From: Phallusia mammillata
Lineage: Eukaryota
NCBI GenBank assembly: GCA_965637545.1
Contig: OZ281497.1
Coordinates: 19,964,001-20,028,000 of the forward strand
Reading direction: 5' to 3'
DNA length: 64,000 nucleotides
The notes beneath the pieces were generated by a model, which was not told where the DNA came from, searched no databases, and saw only the letters and a program-made list of their open reading frames with translations. Within the stretch, counting starts at the first letter, position 1. Every line of letters starts with the position of its first letter. Positions 1 through 15,300 of this stretch are shown here, in pieces. A program made the translations under genes and the position numbers.

Positions 1-312
1 ACTACTAAATTTCAGGCCAGACGGTTCTAAATAACTAAACCGTCATGTCGTAATATTATATGTATCAACTAAGAGGGTCTTAACTATAGTATTATGATAT
101 TATAGTCTTTACAAACTTTACAAACTGTGAATACTGTAATAAAATCACAGTACGCCAGGCCCATTGGCGTCATACCGAATCAGCCGGTCACCAAGCATTC
201 ACCACACTATGAATACTGTAATAAAAAATCGAAATGCATGGAAAAAAACTTTTGGCTCATAAAACACATAAAATACATAAAATACAATTTTAATCAGTGT
301 AGCGGCCCAAAC

Positions 313-3300
313 CTGCATCGGTCAATCTTCTCCTGCATCTTCTGTTCCGCGGCAATCTTGTCTTCCTGGAGGCGGGCGACCAGATCTTCCATCTGCAACC
401 GGGATCGGGATGTCATCTCCCGACTCGTCTTCATCTCTTCCTCCCGCATCTTGTGTGATGCGACTTCGGATTCAAGTCTGCAAAAAAAGTTATTTAAATT
501 TTCTGTTAAAATTTCCTGTAATCAGCAAAACTACTTTTGCACTGTTCTGCACCCATACGTGCTTTAATCTTAATTGCGTGTATTTTTTATTGATCCGATT
601 AAGAATACTGTCTTAAGACGCTTAAACACGAAAAATTAGATCGAATCTGTACTCTTGTTTGGCACCACAATATCGCCCACAACTGCAATTTTTAGGCAGG
701 CTGTGTACTGTATTTAACTACAATATTAAAGTAGGTTGTGTACACTACTAGACACTACTCTGACAGATCTCTAAATTATGTTAAAAATGCACAAACCAAA
801 AACGCAAAACAAGTACATTATATCTTTCGGCTGTAAAGTTAGTCAAAAATGTCCCATTTCAAGCAATTTTAGCAGGTTGCCAAATCCTAAATAAAAATCA
901 AACGCAATTTACCTGGCGTTCGCTGCTTCAGCAGTCTTCAGTCTTTCCTCGAGTTTTTCAATAGTGTTTTTATCGTGTGCACTTATGGTTTCCACAGATT
1001 GTAATCGGTTGTGCGCGTTACTCCCATTCTCACGTGCTTTCTCCAACTCGTTTCTTAAGTCTTCAGCTGCTCTGGTTGATTCCACAAGTCTTGTATCCAA
1101 GTACGAACAACGTTCCTGTAAAGAGAAAAAAGTTTAAGGTTGATAAATCAATAAGTTGTTTCGCAGAAAAAAACTGTTTAGCGATTCCAATGTTGCTACA
1201 GTCTTAACGAAATAGACTTTTTTGAAATGAATCAACAACGCAGTTTGGAGTGGTTCTTGATTGTTGTAATTTTTCACTATCTTTGCGTAATTTTTTTGTA
1301 CAATTCGTAATTTTTGCACATGTTGCATGTTAAGTGGACTTAGCTGCCAATAAACTGAGAACAAAAACGAGATCCGAAAAAAGCAAACTTTTACAGTGTG
1401 TTTCAAGTGGGCATCAGCGCCTCTTTGGGAAATTCGCAATAACAAAAGGAGCGGAGCGTATAAGTAAAATGGGCAATTGGGTGGCATTGGAAAAGAATAC
1501 GCCGCACCTTAAACTGTTGAATTTCGATTTCCATCTTGTTCTTCTCTTCTCGCATTTGTGCCATGGATGGTTCCGTGAAACTCATTCGTTTGTGGGTTTC
1601 AATGTAATCCTGTTGTGCAATAGCAAGTTCCTCTTCCTGTGAACAGGACATGATGGAAAACATGTCTTTTTGACCATTCCAAAAAAACAGTAAAAATAGA
1701 AAAAAATGCACCAATTAATTCTCAACACAGCACTCGGCATTGCAAACAAATTCAAAACATGACTTTTACAGTTTGAAAAATTGAGGCAGTTTGGTTAAAA
1801 CGTATTGTGAAATGTCCGGGTTTTTAGTGGCACGAAACGCATACAACATCGATAAAACGTACTCTTTTATGACATAACAAAATCCACATTTTTTTCATGA
1901 CATCTAGTTGACAAACCTTTTTCAATTTTTCGTCACTGACTCGCTTTATCTCATCGCGCAAGTGCGACACCTGCTGGTCGAGTTGGGCGTTTCGTTTTTC
2001 CAGCTCGATTCGTTCCTTCTGTTGACCTGGTAAGCGACATAGAATTCATTATGAAAACTTTGGATGTTCCGGACCGATTCTCAATAAAACTGGTTATTAG
2101 TGTACACGACCGTAATTCATTTAAAACGTCTGAAAAAAATTCCCTGCTTGATACTGCTCGGAAAAATACAAAAAAACGCAAATCACTAGAAAGATGTACA
2201 CAAAAAGGCCAAGTATTAAAAAGCAACAAAAGTACACTTTTAAACATTGCGTAAAATTGTAACATTAACAACAATATGAACAACACAAAATTACAACGCA
2301 TAATAAGTGTGACTGTATTTTCAAGTCACATTAAATGTTAAACGTTGCACAATAACTTGGGTTGATTGATCGTACAGGGTTTTGTTTCACAACGTAAAAC
2401 AAAGTACTCCGTGAAGACCGAATTAAAAGACACACATGCTGTTGACAGACACTGCCATACTTGCTGCTCCATCGGGAGGGTCGTGACTCAGCATAACAGG
2501 AAATAGCTGAGTCATGTGGTCCGCTAAAAGCTTGTGTGCGTCTTTGACCAAACAAAATGCACCAACTCTTGTTAGCTTTTAAAGTTTTCTTAACCTTCAA
2601 TCTCTTGTTTTTGGTGTTTAAAGCCAAAAACATTTTTCGGGAAGGTAAAAAATTAAAAAAAATAGAAAATCAATTCAAAACATAGAAATCACTTTCATTG
2701 TGACATTTTTTTGTTTCTAAGTTACCTGTGACAATTTCGGAAAGTTGTCCTTGTTGAGCTGTAAGCGTGGAAGTCCCAAAGTTTCTCGCGTCTTCTAATT
2801 CTCGCCTCATTCGCATTTTCTCGCTCTCTTGTTGTGAAACTTCGGCCTGTTGATAACGACATAGTTACCACAAAATAAGGTAAAGCGGAAATACTTGATA
2901 CATGAATCTATCCATGTTAAATCTTAGTGTGTGTTTTCAAGTATCACTCTAATGGAAAAAACAACTCTTATACGCTTTAGCTTGGTAGTTTTTGAAACAC
3001 ATTGTTTAATATTCATAAAATTAAATGGGCCGATAAAAAAATGTGTTTTTTATAATTAAATATTGTATAACGCTCCTATGTTGTATGTATATACAGTAAG
3101 CCTTGGTTAATCCGGACCTTTTTGGACCAAAAATTTTTTCCGGATTAGGCGATGTCGATTAGTTACAGCCGTATCACATTACAAATCATTTGTACCTCAA
3201 GGTTTGTCAGAATTAGGCAAAAATCCGGATTAACCGAATCCTGTTTAACCGAGGTTTACTGCACATTGATACATTTTTGTTTCACAATGAACTTAGGTAA

Positions 3301-6300
3301 CAGAAAATAGGTACATTACCTCTAAAATTTCCACTCTTCCTGACATGCGGACGTTTTCTCTCTGCAGCTCATTCGCCTCCTTCTCACTCCTACTCAATTT
3401 CTCCCTCGCCTCCTCCCGCTCTCTTTGCGCCTGAATGAGGAGCGAGTCTTTGTGAGTGAGAGCTGTGCGGAGGCTGTTCGCTTCTTGCTGGGCGAGGTTG
3501 GTCGAAATTTCGGCGTCCCGGTATTTTTTCTGTCACAAATCGACGTAATTGATCACGCCATCAACGTATAATTTATGTGTAAATGTTTTTTTAGGAAAAC
3601 AAACTTTTCCATAGAAAAATAATAAAATTTGAGCATAATATACAATTTACCTTTTTTATGTAAATTGAGCCACAGCAAACCTACTATAATGCTAAGACCA
3701 AGTATTTTGCCTTATTTTTGGCAAGTCGAAATTGTTGAAAACAAACAACGATTTAAAACTGTCACAAAATTGGAAAAAAATGTTTAAATAAAAAAAGAGA
3801 AGTTAATCCGGTACCTCAGCGTCTTCGCGTTTCTCTTTTTCTTCTTTTACGTTCCTCGCCAACGCTTCGGATTTATCCTCTTCCCTGTAACATTTTCGTT
3901 CCATTTCCCCGATGCGGTCCTTTAGCGACCTCTGCTGGTCGTTCAGTGTTTCCAGGTCATGTTGGGAATCGCTCTTCTGTTTTCGCTCCCTTGTGAATGA
4001 AAAGTTATTAGCTGCTTTAATAAAGGTGACACAGTTTTAAAGTAAAGGCTATTTGTACCGAAGAAATTGTTAAGGCAATCTTGACAAAAAAATACTCAAT
4101 TATAGTCTCGGCAAAATTATAAGACAAAAATTCGGCGCTAAGTTCTTACACCACTTTAATCTCGTATGCCTAAATAATGTCGTACTTAAATTCCCCCAAA
4201 GCATTTAAAATGTACTCGTTTGAAAGTTCCAGCATTTAGGTAATTTAAATCTTTCGAAACCAAAGAAAGTATATGTGTGATAAGTAGAAGTGCATGACAA
4301 AAGTTGCTTATATGTACTTGCGAAGTTCATCAGTTAACATTTCATTTGCTTGCTTCAAGTGATGAAGTTGGAGATTGTATTTTACCGCCGCATGTTCCAA
4401 TGCTTCTCTGCTTTCGCGCCAATTTTGTTCCATCTCCATTACACTGAACAAACATCGACACTAGTAAGTTGTTTCCCAGACATTATAGTAACTTAGAATC
4501 GGCTGTGTTCGGACTAATGTTTGAATAAAACGAGCTTGATTAATGCCCGACATTTTTTTACCAACTTTCCGGCCTACATGGGTCATATGTTACAAAAAGT
4601 TTGGGTAAAGGCCGCGTTTTGTGCTGGTATTTGGATTCAGCCTGGTTTAGGTGGTTGGGACAGAATTTACGGTTCGGGCCCGCTTATTCTCTGTATAGTG
4701 ACTATCGACGACCTCACTTACCGGTCGTTTAACTGACTGTTAATTCTCAGCAAATCGTCGTCCTCATTTGAGCGGGATCGGGCGAGTTCTTCTTTGTATC
4801 TGCATTTGAAAAACTTTAAGTTCATTCTACACTCACAGCACAACAGAACTACAAAGTGCTTGAGAGCAAATCAAGCTATTCTTTCCACTAACTCCTTAGA
4901 AGCACCTGAAGAGCTCCAGGACAGAAGTAATTCTCTACCTGTTGCAAGTGCTTTCCATCGTAGCCAACCCTGCTTTTGCTTTACAAAGTTCGTCGTCTTT
5001 CTCTTGCAGAAGAAGATTCCATGCATCAACTTGCCTGAAGAAAAAACAACTTCAGTATTAATAGTATTAATTAATCGTATTTTTTTACAAACTTACAGAC
5101 CACCAAAGGTGTGCGCCATGCACATACCGAGACAGGAAAGTTTGAGTAAAATAAAGCACGTGGAAGTCCAGCATGAACGCAAAAATTTTGAATTACATTA
5201 TCTACAGAGCTCAAATAATACCTCCAAGATTAATTGGAAGAAATATCGAAATTAATTTAAAGTTTGATCATTTGGTCCGATATTCTCAGCGTGAGGTTAA
5301 ATAAAACCTCCATATCATGGCATAAAACCACAACGTATTTAAGTACCTTTGTATAGTGGAAGTTTGCTCATTCATCTCAGCATCTGATCGCTGCTTGTCG
5401 TTATCAACGTGTTCACGTAGCGCCATCTTGCGGCGCTCTACCGACAGCTCGGTTTGCAATTTATCTCGATCTCTCTCCGCCTGTTACAGCAATGTTCAAG
5501 ATTAAAGCACTGAAAACCAGTAAGGTAGTTTGCAGTGTTCATAAATTATTACCCCAATTGAATTTATGTGAAGACAAACCTAGACAATCATGTTTTCCAT
5601 TAATACGTTTCATTTTGTTGCATAATGACACGACAATTTTTAGTGTTTGAACTTCCTGATTATTAAAAATAAAAATCCAAATATGGCTTAGTTATCCGGT
5701 TTGGGCGACGCGGCCAATTAAAAACAAAAGCTCAAAAATTCAATATTTTTTTCGATCCAACATCAACAACAAAGCCACATTTCAAACGACTGTAAAACAA
5801 AAACAATTTTTTTTACCTCTTTCAGTCTCATCTCGGTGTGTCCGAGTTCGCTTCTCAACTCCACCAGAGCTGATTCCTGCTTCCTCCTCTCACTCGCATC
5901 AATCTCCAACTTCTGTTCGAGACGGTTATGTCGGTCACGTGACGTGTCGACTTCCAGCTGAGCGCTTTGCAATTCCTCTTTCGTCCGGTTCAAATCGAAA
6001 CTGGGACAAGACGAATGCAAATCAAAATGACAAAATCAAACACAGGATACGCAGTGAAAAAATGTTCAAAAACAGGCAAGTGTGTAACCCTGGGAAAGAA
6101 TATTTCTTGTAGTGTCCATAATCGAAAACCGTTTTCAGTGTCATTTAAAGATTTTGGGGTATTTTTACTAATAGAGTCCGTTTATAATGGTTTCAAATTA
6201 AGACTGACTTTTGCATGCCTCCATAAATGTTGTTTTCGAACAAAGCAATAGTTCTTATCCCATACATTAGTTCATATAAAACATGGGTATATGGTTTATA

Positions 6301-9300
6301 TAAAAGTGTACCTTGCTATATTATCAACCGTTTTGGCAATTACTCATGACAATGGCTTGCATGCATAACAATAAGAAAAGTGTTGCTAAACATAAGGTAT
6401 TAAAGATTTTTCTACTTTTAACAGAGCATTTGCTAGTAACAGTAAGATATTCGGTTAAAATCAATATAGGCTGAACTTGATCACTGTCACAATCATATTA
6501 CTTCATCTTTCGCATTCTAGCTTCCAGGTCGTCTCTGATCTTTCCACCTTCCTTCTTATCCACTTTTAGATTCCGAATTTCGTCTCTCAACTTCTCGTTT
6601 TCCCGTTTCGAAATGTCCAGTTGTTCCAGAGCGTCTATTGCTCGATGCTTCTCTCGACTCGCCTCTCTCTCCAGTTCTCCGCGCTCACCCGACCGAAGAA
6701 GTGATTCTACGGACCCGGATAAAGTTAAACATCAAATCACTTAATTTTTTAGTGTGAATTTTTTTGTGACTTTTCAGATTTAAACTTGAAGTTTTTGCAG
6801 TTTTCCATGTCTTGTTTAAAGCTTCTTATTCATATATACAACAAAAATGTACTTTTATTTAGCAGAATAAAGCAAAATCGTATCCTATTTGAACACAGAC
6901 AGATAGAAGACGACCTGTATAGGACGTCGAAACGTAGGAATAAAATTACATTTGCCAGAAGAGCTCTACAAACTTGACCGACAGATCAAGTTTGCAGTTT
7001 AACTCAGGGGTGGGCAACCTGCGGCCCGCGGGCCAAATGCGGCCCTTGAATAAAGGTCGTGCGGCCCGCAGAGGCGTTCGAATTTGAAATGTACTGACAA
7101 ACGAGTCCAACTATTACATATTTTTTAGCAGATTAATGCGCCAGATGCTATATTTCTTCGACCAGGCAATATGTGGCTGGAATCAAATCCAAATTTAACT
7201 TGTAGCTAAGCATATTTGGTAAGTAACGAAGTAAAATGACCTTGTGTTATACCCAGGTGCGGCCCGCGATCCAATTTTGGCTATTGTATTTGGCCCCACA
7301 GTAATTAAGGTTGCCCACCCCTGGTTTAACTGATTCTTTAAAATATTCCTTGTACCTGACAACTGTGATGCTTGGAGCGAAGCGGGAACATCTGCGGGAA
7401 AATCGTCCTCAGTTTCGGTCTCGGTGCCGGTCAAGTTGTCGATATCGATTCCATTGACGCCATGTATGCCGTTTGACTTTTGATTGGGAAAGCTCGGATC
7501 TCGTCGAGTGTACATAGGAGGTAGGGAGACATTGGACTAAAAATTGTACCATAAGTCAACATATACATGCCGCATTATTATTATTGGAGCAATTTTTTGT
7601 ATGTTCCGTGATTTACTATCATGATTTTTAGGTTTACGTACTGCCAAACTTTCATGGTTTGGTCATCGTATGTATAGTAAACTGCAAGTTTAGGTGGTAA
7701 TAAATAATTATAGCCGCACAAACGCCAGGATAAAAATCCCCAAAACCTGGGCTAACAACCGAATAAATACGGTAGTTACATAAAGATAGGTTTAAAGCAA
7801 TGCAGTTACCTCAATAACGCGACAAAAACACAGCAACACAAACATCTAGGTTTTATACCGAAATGAGATTTGTTGGAATTAAACACCGACCGAATACAGC
7901 ACTAAACATAACTTAAAACAGTCCGAAAAAGTTATTTGTCAACTTACTCGAAGGAGTTTGTAAGTAGCCCAATTGGGTTACCAAATAATTAGGAAAAATA
8001 CAATGTATATATGTATAGAGTGTTTAATTCACAGACACACAACTTACATGTTTAAATCCCTCCATCTTTCGCTTGTTGGATCCTTGCACGTTTCCCATGT
8101 GAAAGTCATCAAACTCAGAAATGTCACTTTCACTAGGATTGCCAGCACTAAATCAAATACAATCAATGTTAAATCTAATTCCTAAACACATATGATGTAG
8201 AGAAGGTTAAAAGAATAATTTTACAACCGAGATGCAACTTTAATGGGATTGTTCACAATAAATCTCCATAGAAATAAAAAATTCCAACATGCTGTACATA
8301 TTTTGCCTTTATCTAAATTTTTGACTTCACCAAAAAAAAAGAAAATCTGGTCTTGTCTTTCCTTACGTTATTACAGCCATTTGTGTAAAATATTGTAAAA
8401 ATATAACGCTGCGGTAACGTAGACCAACTCGTTCACAAACTGGCTTTGCGCGTTTTTATAGATCAACTACATCAAAACACAATTAATTTAATTCGTTTTA
8501 ATGCTCTGTGTACACACTATGTTGCTATACACATAATCTCACTACCCCTAACTTAAAAAATCGCAGAAGACAGACAATATTATGTAAGGATTCGAGACGA
8601 TAGGTCACTAGATTAACCGGCTTGCCTTTGTAATTCGATAAAATCTGAACAAACTCCTAGCCAGAGATTCTTTCGGTTTGGGCAAACAATAAGTAAGAAT
8701 GCCGGTAACTTTTATAGTGACTACATACAAACGGCGTTGGGATCAGGTTGCAAATATCCAGTTTAAATCACTGGATACAATAGAATGGCGTCGTGCTAAT
8801 GAGCTCTGGAACGTATGGTGGCAAATACTGCCGAAGATCTGAATGTAAGGCGGGAGAGTCACACTAGAGGCGCAAGAGGTTTGAAGAATTAGTCAACCAA
8901 TGGAACAAGCCTGACCCATATACAGACATAAAAAACCCTGATCGGGATTCGTCCCCGGGAGAGTCCTGGGTTCGAACCCCGTGAAAAAAAAAAAAAAAAA
9001 AAACAAGCAAAACCTTGGTGAGCTAGTCTCAATGCTCAATTGAAATTCAGACAGAAATTGATCGGGATTCGCAAATCTTTAAAACCAATAAAAAGGCCGT
9101 AAACGCAGAAGTGCTGTCAACTGCACAAGGGCAAGAAACAAGATTCAAAGATTTATAGTCCGCCAAAGAGTTAAATCCTTCCCGAAGTTGTTTAAGCTCG
9201 CATGGATATATTTAAACTTGAAACACTAACTTCAATTACCAAGAAAAGTAACTTACCCATCAAGAGCGTTTTGTAGAGCATTTGTCAGTTTCTCTTTCTC

Positions 9301-12300
9301 TGTGGAAGCGAGTAAGCGTCGACGCTGTTCCTCTTCTCGCATCCTCTTGTCTTCTTCATCCCTTTTCCTCTTTTCCTCGTCCAGTCGTCTCTTTTCTTCC
9401 ACTTCTTTTCTTCGCTTGTCTTCAGCATCTTTTCTCTCTTTTCGTAAATTCTCATCAGCTTTGCGTTTCTCTTCAGCTTGCAACCTCAACCTCTCTGCAA
9501 CCTCTTCTTCTTTTCTCTTCCTATCTTCCTCACACTTTCTTTTCTTCTCCATCGCCTCCATGGCAATTTTCATTTGTTTATCTTTCTTCGCTTGTTGTTT
9601 CCGTTTTTCTTCCGCCAACGCGTCCCTCCTTTGTTTTTCCTCTTCCTCTCGGCGCCTCAGCTCTTCCTCCTGTCGTTTTGCTTCCTCTCTTCTCTGCAGC
9701 TCCTCTTTCTCCTCCTGGAGTCTCTGACGTTCTTCTCTCAACCTCTCCTGTTCTTCCTTTTCGCGTTGTTTTCTTTCCTCTTCCAGACGTAGTTCCGCAA
9801 TTTTAGCGTTGTCATGTTTTTTCCTGTTCAACAAAGCGACGTTTATAACGCAATAGATAGGCCAATGATGTAACATGATACGACGTTTGATATGTGACGT
9901 AACATAACACAGCACATTCTTACCTATTTTCTGCTTCCCAGCTACTTTCAGATTCTGTGTCAAATTCGTCATCGTCATCATCTGATGGGGAAAGCACCCC
10001 ATCCACGCTTGTCTGCATAACAACGTCAGTCGTGAAAAAATAGTTTTTGACAATTATATGAAAAACATATCATTCACTTTTTGTGACAAAAATCGGTAAT
10101 GGAAATCCAATCGTTTTTTACCTTTAGTGGCGATGATTGAGGAATACTTGGGCGTTCAACGACATTCTGTAAAACACAGACGCAACAAGTCATAAAACTA
10201 AATTCTACCCAACTAGGTCATATGTTTTATGCTTTTAAAAACTCACACCCGAAATGCATGTCAAACTTCAGAGTGTGTTAGACAAATCTTTGCTTAAGGC
10301 CAATTTCGAATCGTAGCAAGAAGAAAATCTTTTCCTTATATGTGACGTCCTACCTCGGAATCCCACGACGAAGAATCGTCATCAACATTGTCGTCATCAC
10401 GAACTTCATTGGCCTCGATCTGCTGCAGAACACTAGAGGGCGCCGCAGCTCGTTCGATGTCGTCATCCTGATCGCTGATTTCGTCATCGAACTTAAACGC
10501 AGAAGATTCCGCTATAATGTCAGTCAACGCTGAAAAACAATGTGTGTTTTTAAAAAAAATCAAAAATCGTGGACGTAAAAAAAGGTTACAGAAAAATGTA
10601 CATAGCCGTTCTTTTCCCATTTTGCTCCGACTTCCGTGAATTAAGAGATGGTTTTAAAATGCTTTGCACAGAAAACCGTTTCGCAAAAACAACCATAAGT
10701 TTCCTGTTCAGCAAATACAAACAAATTCTCGCCAATTAAATGGCGGTTTTTGAATGCCACGCATAACAAGTTTATGAGCAGTAAAGTAATATAATATTCA
10801 AACCTGGGGTCATAAAGCTTGGATCAAGATTCTAGAAGCTCAAATGACCAACCGATAAAAATTTACAAGAAAACTGAAAGATAAATATACTTAGCAAAAA
10901 CGCAAAATGAGCCTATAAAACGTTTCTACTAGTTACGTTCTCGAAAAGGCTTGTTCTGTTTATGCCTGGTACGATCGAAAACAAACAGCAAAATTTGACG
11001 GGTTTAGTTATCTCCGTGAGGCTTTAAAAATTAAAAAAAACATTCGCCATTGCTGTTTATCATTGAACCACAAAAAGTCCGAAGTGCAATTAAACTCTTT
11101 AAATCGCTGAACAAACACTAGTGGTAGTTTACTTTCGTTACAGCGTATATACTTAACCCACATTGCTACTGTTGCTTGGTAACAACGCCGATATTTCCGG
11201 GGTGCGGATAACACGAAACGAAACAGTTCGCTAAACAATATAATGCCAACTATTTACAATTCTTAAATATTGTGCGAACAATTTCAAGGCCCTTCTTGGC
11301 TTTGAAGTAGTCTTCGCGATTCATGTTGAAACACTTAGGGCTTGTTGAAACCGCATGAACGAGGCTTGTAAGTCCGGACACAAGTCGTGTTTAAACCACA
11401 GGAGTGTTGTTGTGAAAATACTGAAGGCGCGATGTGTTTTGACAACACGAAAGCATTTTAGATTATAACAGCCCCAGCATGGTGAAGTCAATCGCAGATA
11501 ATTTTGGTCACGCCCAGATTATGTAAAACCGCATCTGCAATCTTGCACCGAGTGAACCTTAATTATAATGTTAGGACCAAATTTTGCTGTAATCCCAAAA
11601 GCAGTCGTTCCCACAACTATTTGTTCATCTTTCGCACCACAACTTGCCATTAAAACTTACACTTAAAATAACGTTTCTTATACATTTCGTATTTACATCG
11701 ATTTTTAACTGCCCTTGAATGTAAGGTGTTAAATCGAATGTAGGCTAAAACGCCATCGAATTTAGGCCTAACGTTGTGACATTAGGAAATTATTGTAAAA
11801 ACGTCTACATGCAAACGAAACAGAACGCATATTATGCCAAAACACAGGGCGGTTAAAAACTAGTCATGACATTCAAAAAGTAAGCTGCCCTATATTAAGT
11901 CACGCAAATCGTAGGGTAAAAATAATTAAAATCTAACCTTGCTTATCCCTTGGTCCCTCTTCTATATCGGATTCATCATCCCAGGAGGATGAATTTTCTT
12001 CTTCTGAGTCGGATTGATCAAGTGATAATTTCTTTTTCCTCTGTACCTGACTGTAGATGGGTGTTGAAGGAGTCGGTTTTTCAGGTGACTGACTCCGCAT
12101 TGAACTCATGTCAGATTCATTGTTGTCATATATCTGGTTGATGTCAGCAGCACTAAGTCCAAGTTCATTGATAATGTCTGCAAAAAAAAAATCAAACTTG
12201 CCGCATCATAACAATACCGGTGGTTCTCAACCAGTGGTATACGCACCATTGGTAATACACTAGAGCTTTTTAGGTGATACGTGAGTAGCTATCAATAATT

Positions 12301-15300
12301 GCAATTTAACTGACCCAACTGATCAGCCTTAGTTTCAGGCTAGACAAGAAAAATAGGCCTATCACTTGGTCTAACCATTTGAAGGGTTTTGGTAGTACAC
12401 AGCGATAGAAAAAAGTTGTGATGTGGTATGCGATCAGCATAAGGCTGAAAAGGTTTTCAATACAGTTATTTTCTTTCAATACGTTCTAATGTTATTTTCA
12501 AACTTCTAACATATCTATTAAACTCTGACCTCTGCTTGGTTTTGTATGTCTTGCAGGTGAAGTCACTGCATCATCTTTCATCTGTTCTTGTACATCACCA
12601 TCACTTTCCTCTTCACTGTCCCATGGTGAGTCCTCATCATCATCTTGAGTTCCTCTCTGATGAAGAGCTGGACTTTGCATTCCATTGCTCCTCCCTTTAG
12701 GTAAAGGGGGTTTGGCAGGTGAAACTTGGCCACCTTTCTGGGAATTACTCGCATATCCACGAGATCGCAGAGCAGTGTTTTGAGAAGGTGAGTCTGTTAC
12801 TTCCATGTTATCCTTGGAGGGTGATTTTGCAGAAAAAACGGATTGGGGTTTTGCAGTTATAGGTGATTGGTTGGCAGAAGAGCTTGATGGCTGGTTTTTG
12901 TTTTGTTCTCGTTGCTTTAAAAACTGTGCTACATTTACTTTTGGCGCTCCAGCGTTTGATCCTAGCCTAGATTTCTGTACAACCAAATGAAAAGAATATT
13001 GTAACATGTTTTCATTTTTGCCTTGTTTTGTAATTAATTACTGGATGTATAATTATGTTTGTATCTAACCTAGCTATTTAAACACAAAATAATACAAATC
13101 ATAACAATACCTGAGGTGGTGAACTGTCAGAATCCGAGTTCCAAGAGTCTTTATCGGAAATTCTGCTAACAGTCTGTGATTCATCATCTTGTGAAAGATC
13201 TAAAACATTCACAATTGTTTTAATTACCTTTAAATTTGTCCCCAGCTGAGTTAAACAGTTATGTCTTATTTATGTATGTCTAATTTTGTGCATGTGTCAA
13301 GTAGCAACTTGTTACATGGCATTCAAGTTTGTTCAGTTGTAGTTGGTGTACAGTCAAAGTTTAAGCGATTTTTTACTTTAAATGCATGGAGATGCCAACT
13401 ACTGTATGTGCCTTCTACAATTGTGTTTATGAATCATAGTTAATAATTCCATAATAAGACAAAAAAAGTTTACAGTTTTGATAAAATCTTTTTCCAAGTA
13501 CAGAAAAGAAATATATTTTTGTTCTGCTCCATATGTTTGTGCACAAATTATTTACCTCCAGCATCCATTGCTGGTCCTCCAACTAAAAAGTTTGAAGAAC
13601 TCTCAATAGGTGTTTTCTTGTTTCCAACAGACACCGCAGGAATGTCTTCATACAACCGACTGCCCGAACCGGTGCTGACATTTTGAAGTGACTGTCGCGA
13701 TGGGGTTTTCTTTTGTTTTACCGAGTGCTCCACAATAACATGTGAGATTCTGCAATATAAGCATTAAATATATGAAAAAACACCTTTAAGAAAAAAATAG
13801 TATTTCATTAAAAAACTATGGCAAACTCCAGATAGACATAGAGGACATAATTTTTTAAAACGAACATAAACATTTCCAGCAAACCTGATGCAACATAAAG
13901 TTGTCAAAAGCCCCTTGGTAATATTTTGTAAAAAGCTGATGTAACATAAAATCCTAAAATTAGTGCTTTGTTGCAGAATTGGAAACATAATACTCACGGA
14001 TGATGGCCACTCATGCTAGCATAGTCATCTGCACACCATCCTTTTGCATCTCTAAGTGATGAATCCGCTCCTTGGCTTAGAAGATCTTTTACAACTTCCA
14101 GGTGACCTCTGCTTGCAGCCAGCATCAGCGGAGTCCTAAAAATTGACAAAAATAAAAAGAATTGGTTTATTTATCATAACTATTGAATGCTATATCAACG
14201 AAGTTTTGCATTACAAATTTAAAAAAGACCTTGCATGGATAAAAATAGTTTTTGGGCATAAACTCAATCTGACTTGGTTCATAATGTGGGAAAGATAAAA
14301 CAGTTGCTGAAAATATTAAAAACATACCACAAAATTGTGTCCCCTCACAAAACAGTTACAATCAAAATAGAGCAATCTTTTGTCATAGTAAACTTTTAGC
14401 CGGGGAACAATATACACGAACCTAACAAAAAATTCATTCAGTTATGACACATATGTTTGGGTGCCACACCAAATGCCTGACACACACTTCTTATCAAAAC
14501 AATAGATTCTTTGTTATTATTGTCACAACTCACAAGTGAACACAAAATGAATATGAAACCTGATCTATACTCAGTCATATTATATGTCATATAAGTAAAC
14601 CATTTCTGCTATTTTACCCACTGGACGTAAAATAAACTACGCAAATACCATTCCACTGGGTAGGGAGAAGAAATATAATGTATGTGTGGAATGTAAAATA
14701 TTTTTTAAAGGGCTAAAAGAGGACCTAAGATGTCTGTGGTCTTGTGTGCTACAGCATAGCACTGATGCGCTTAAATATCAACAGAGTACACTTATATATA
14801 ATGCCCAAATATATCCCTCTAATGGTACTGGACTATTCTAAGTAATCTTTTCTGTTTATATCCATGGGTGTATGAAAACAAATGCTAAAAGATTGTGAAT
14901 ATGTGACATAGACATTGTCAGGATGTACCATATGCACAGTTTGTTTACAGAGTAAATATCAGAGTTGGATACAATAATAGTGTGGAATTTACAAGACTGC
15001 TTTCAGATTTAAATGCCATTGGTAGGAAGACCGCTGAAACTTAGAATTTTTATTTATATTTTTCAGTATGCTCAAGTATAAAACCATGTTTTATTAAAAT
15101 CACAATGTACCATTTATTTATATTGCATTCAATCACAGAACAAAACATCAGTTTTTTGAAAAAAGTTGTTTTTGCACCAATAAAAATGCAAACCTACTTT
15201 CCGTTGTTCTCTTTTGCATTAATTTGTGCTCCATCATCCAGCAAGGTTTTTATCACATTTTCTGACTCCGCTGCTGATGATGCCAGATGCAGTGGTGTTG

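Noticed and set aside
9282-9806. Long + strand ORFs (174, 141 and 104 aa)
   Set aside because: Antisense shadows of the low-complexity E/K/R exon of the ANKRD26-like gene.
12218-12455. Possible hAT MITE (GGTGGTTCTCAACC...)
   Set aside because: The right TIR is degenerate and no TSD is recoverable, so boundaries cannot be supported.
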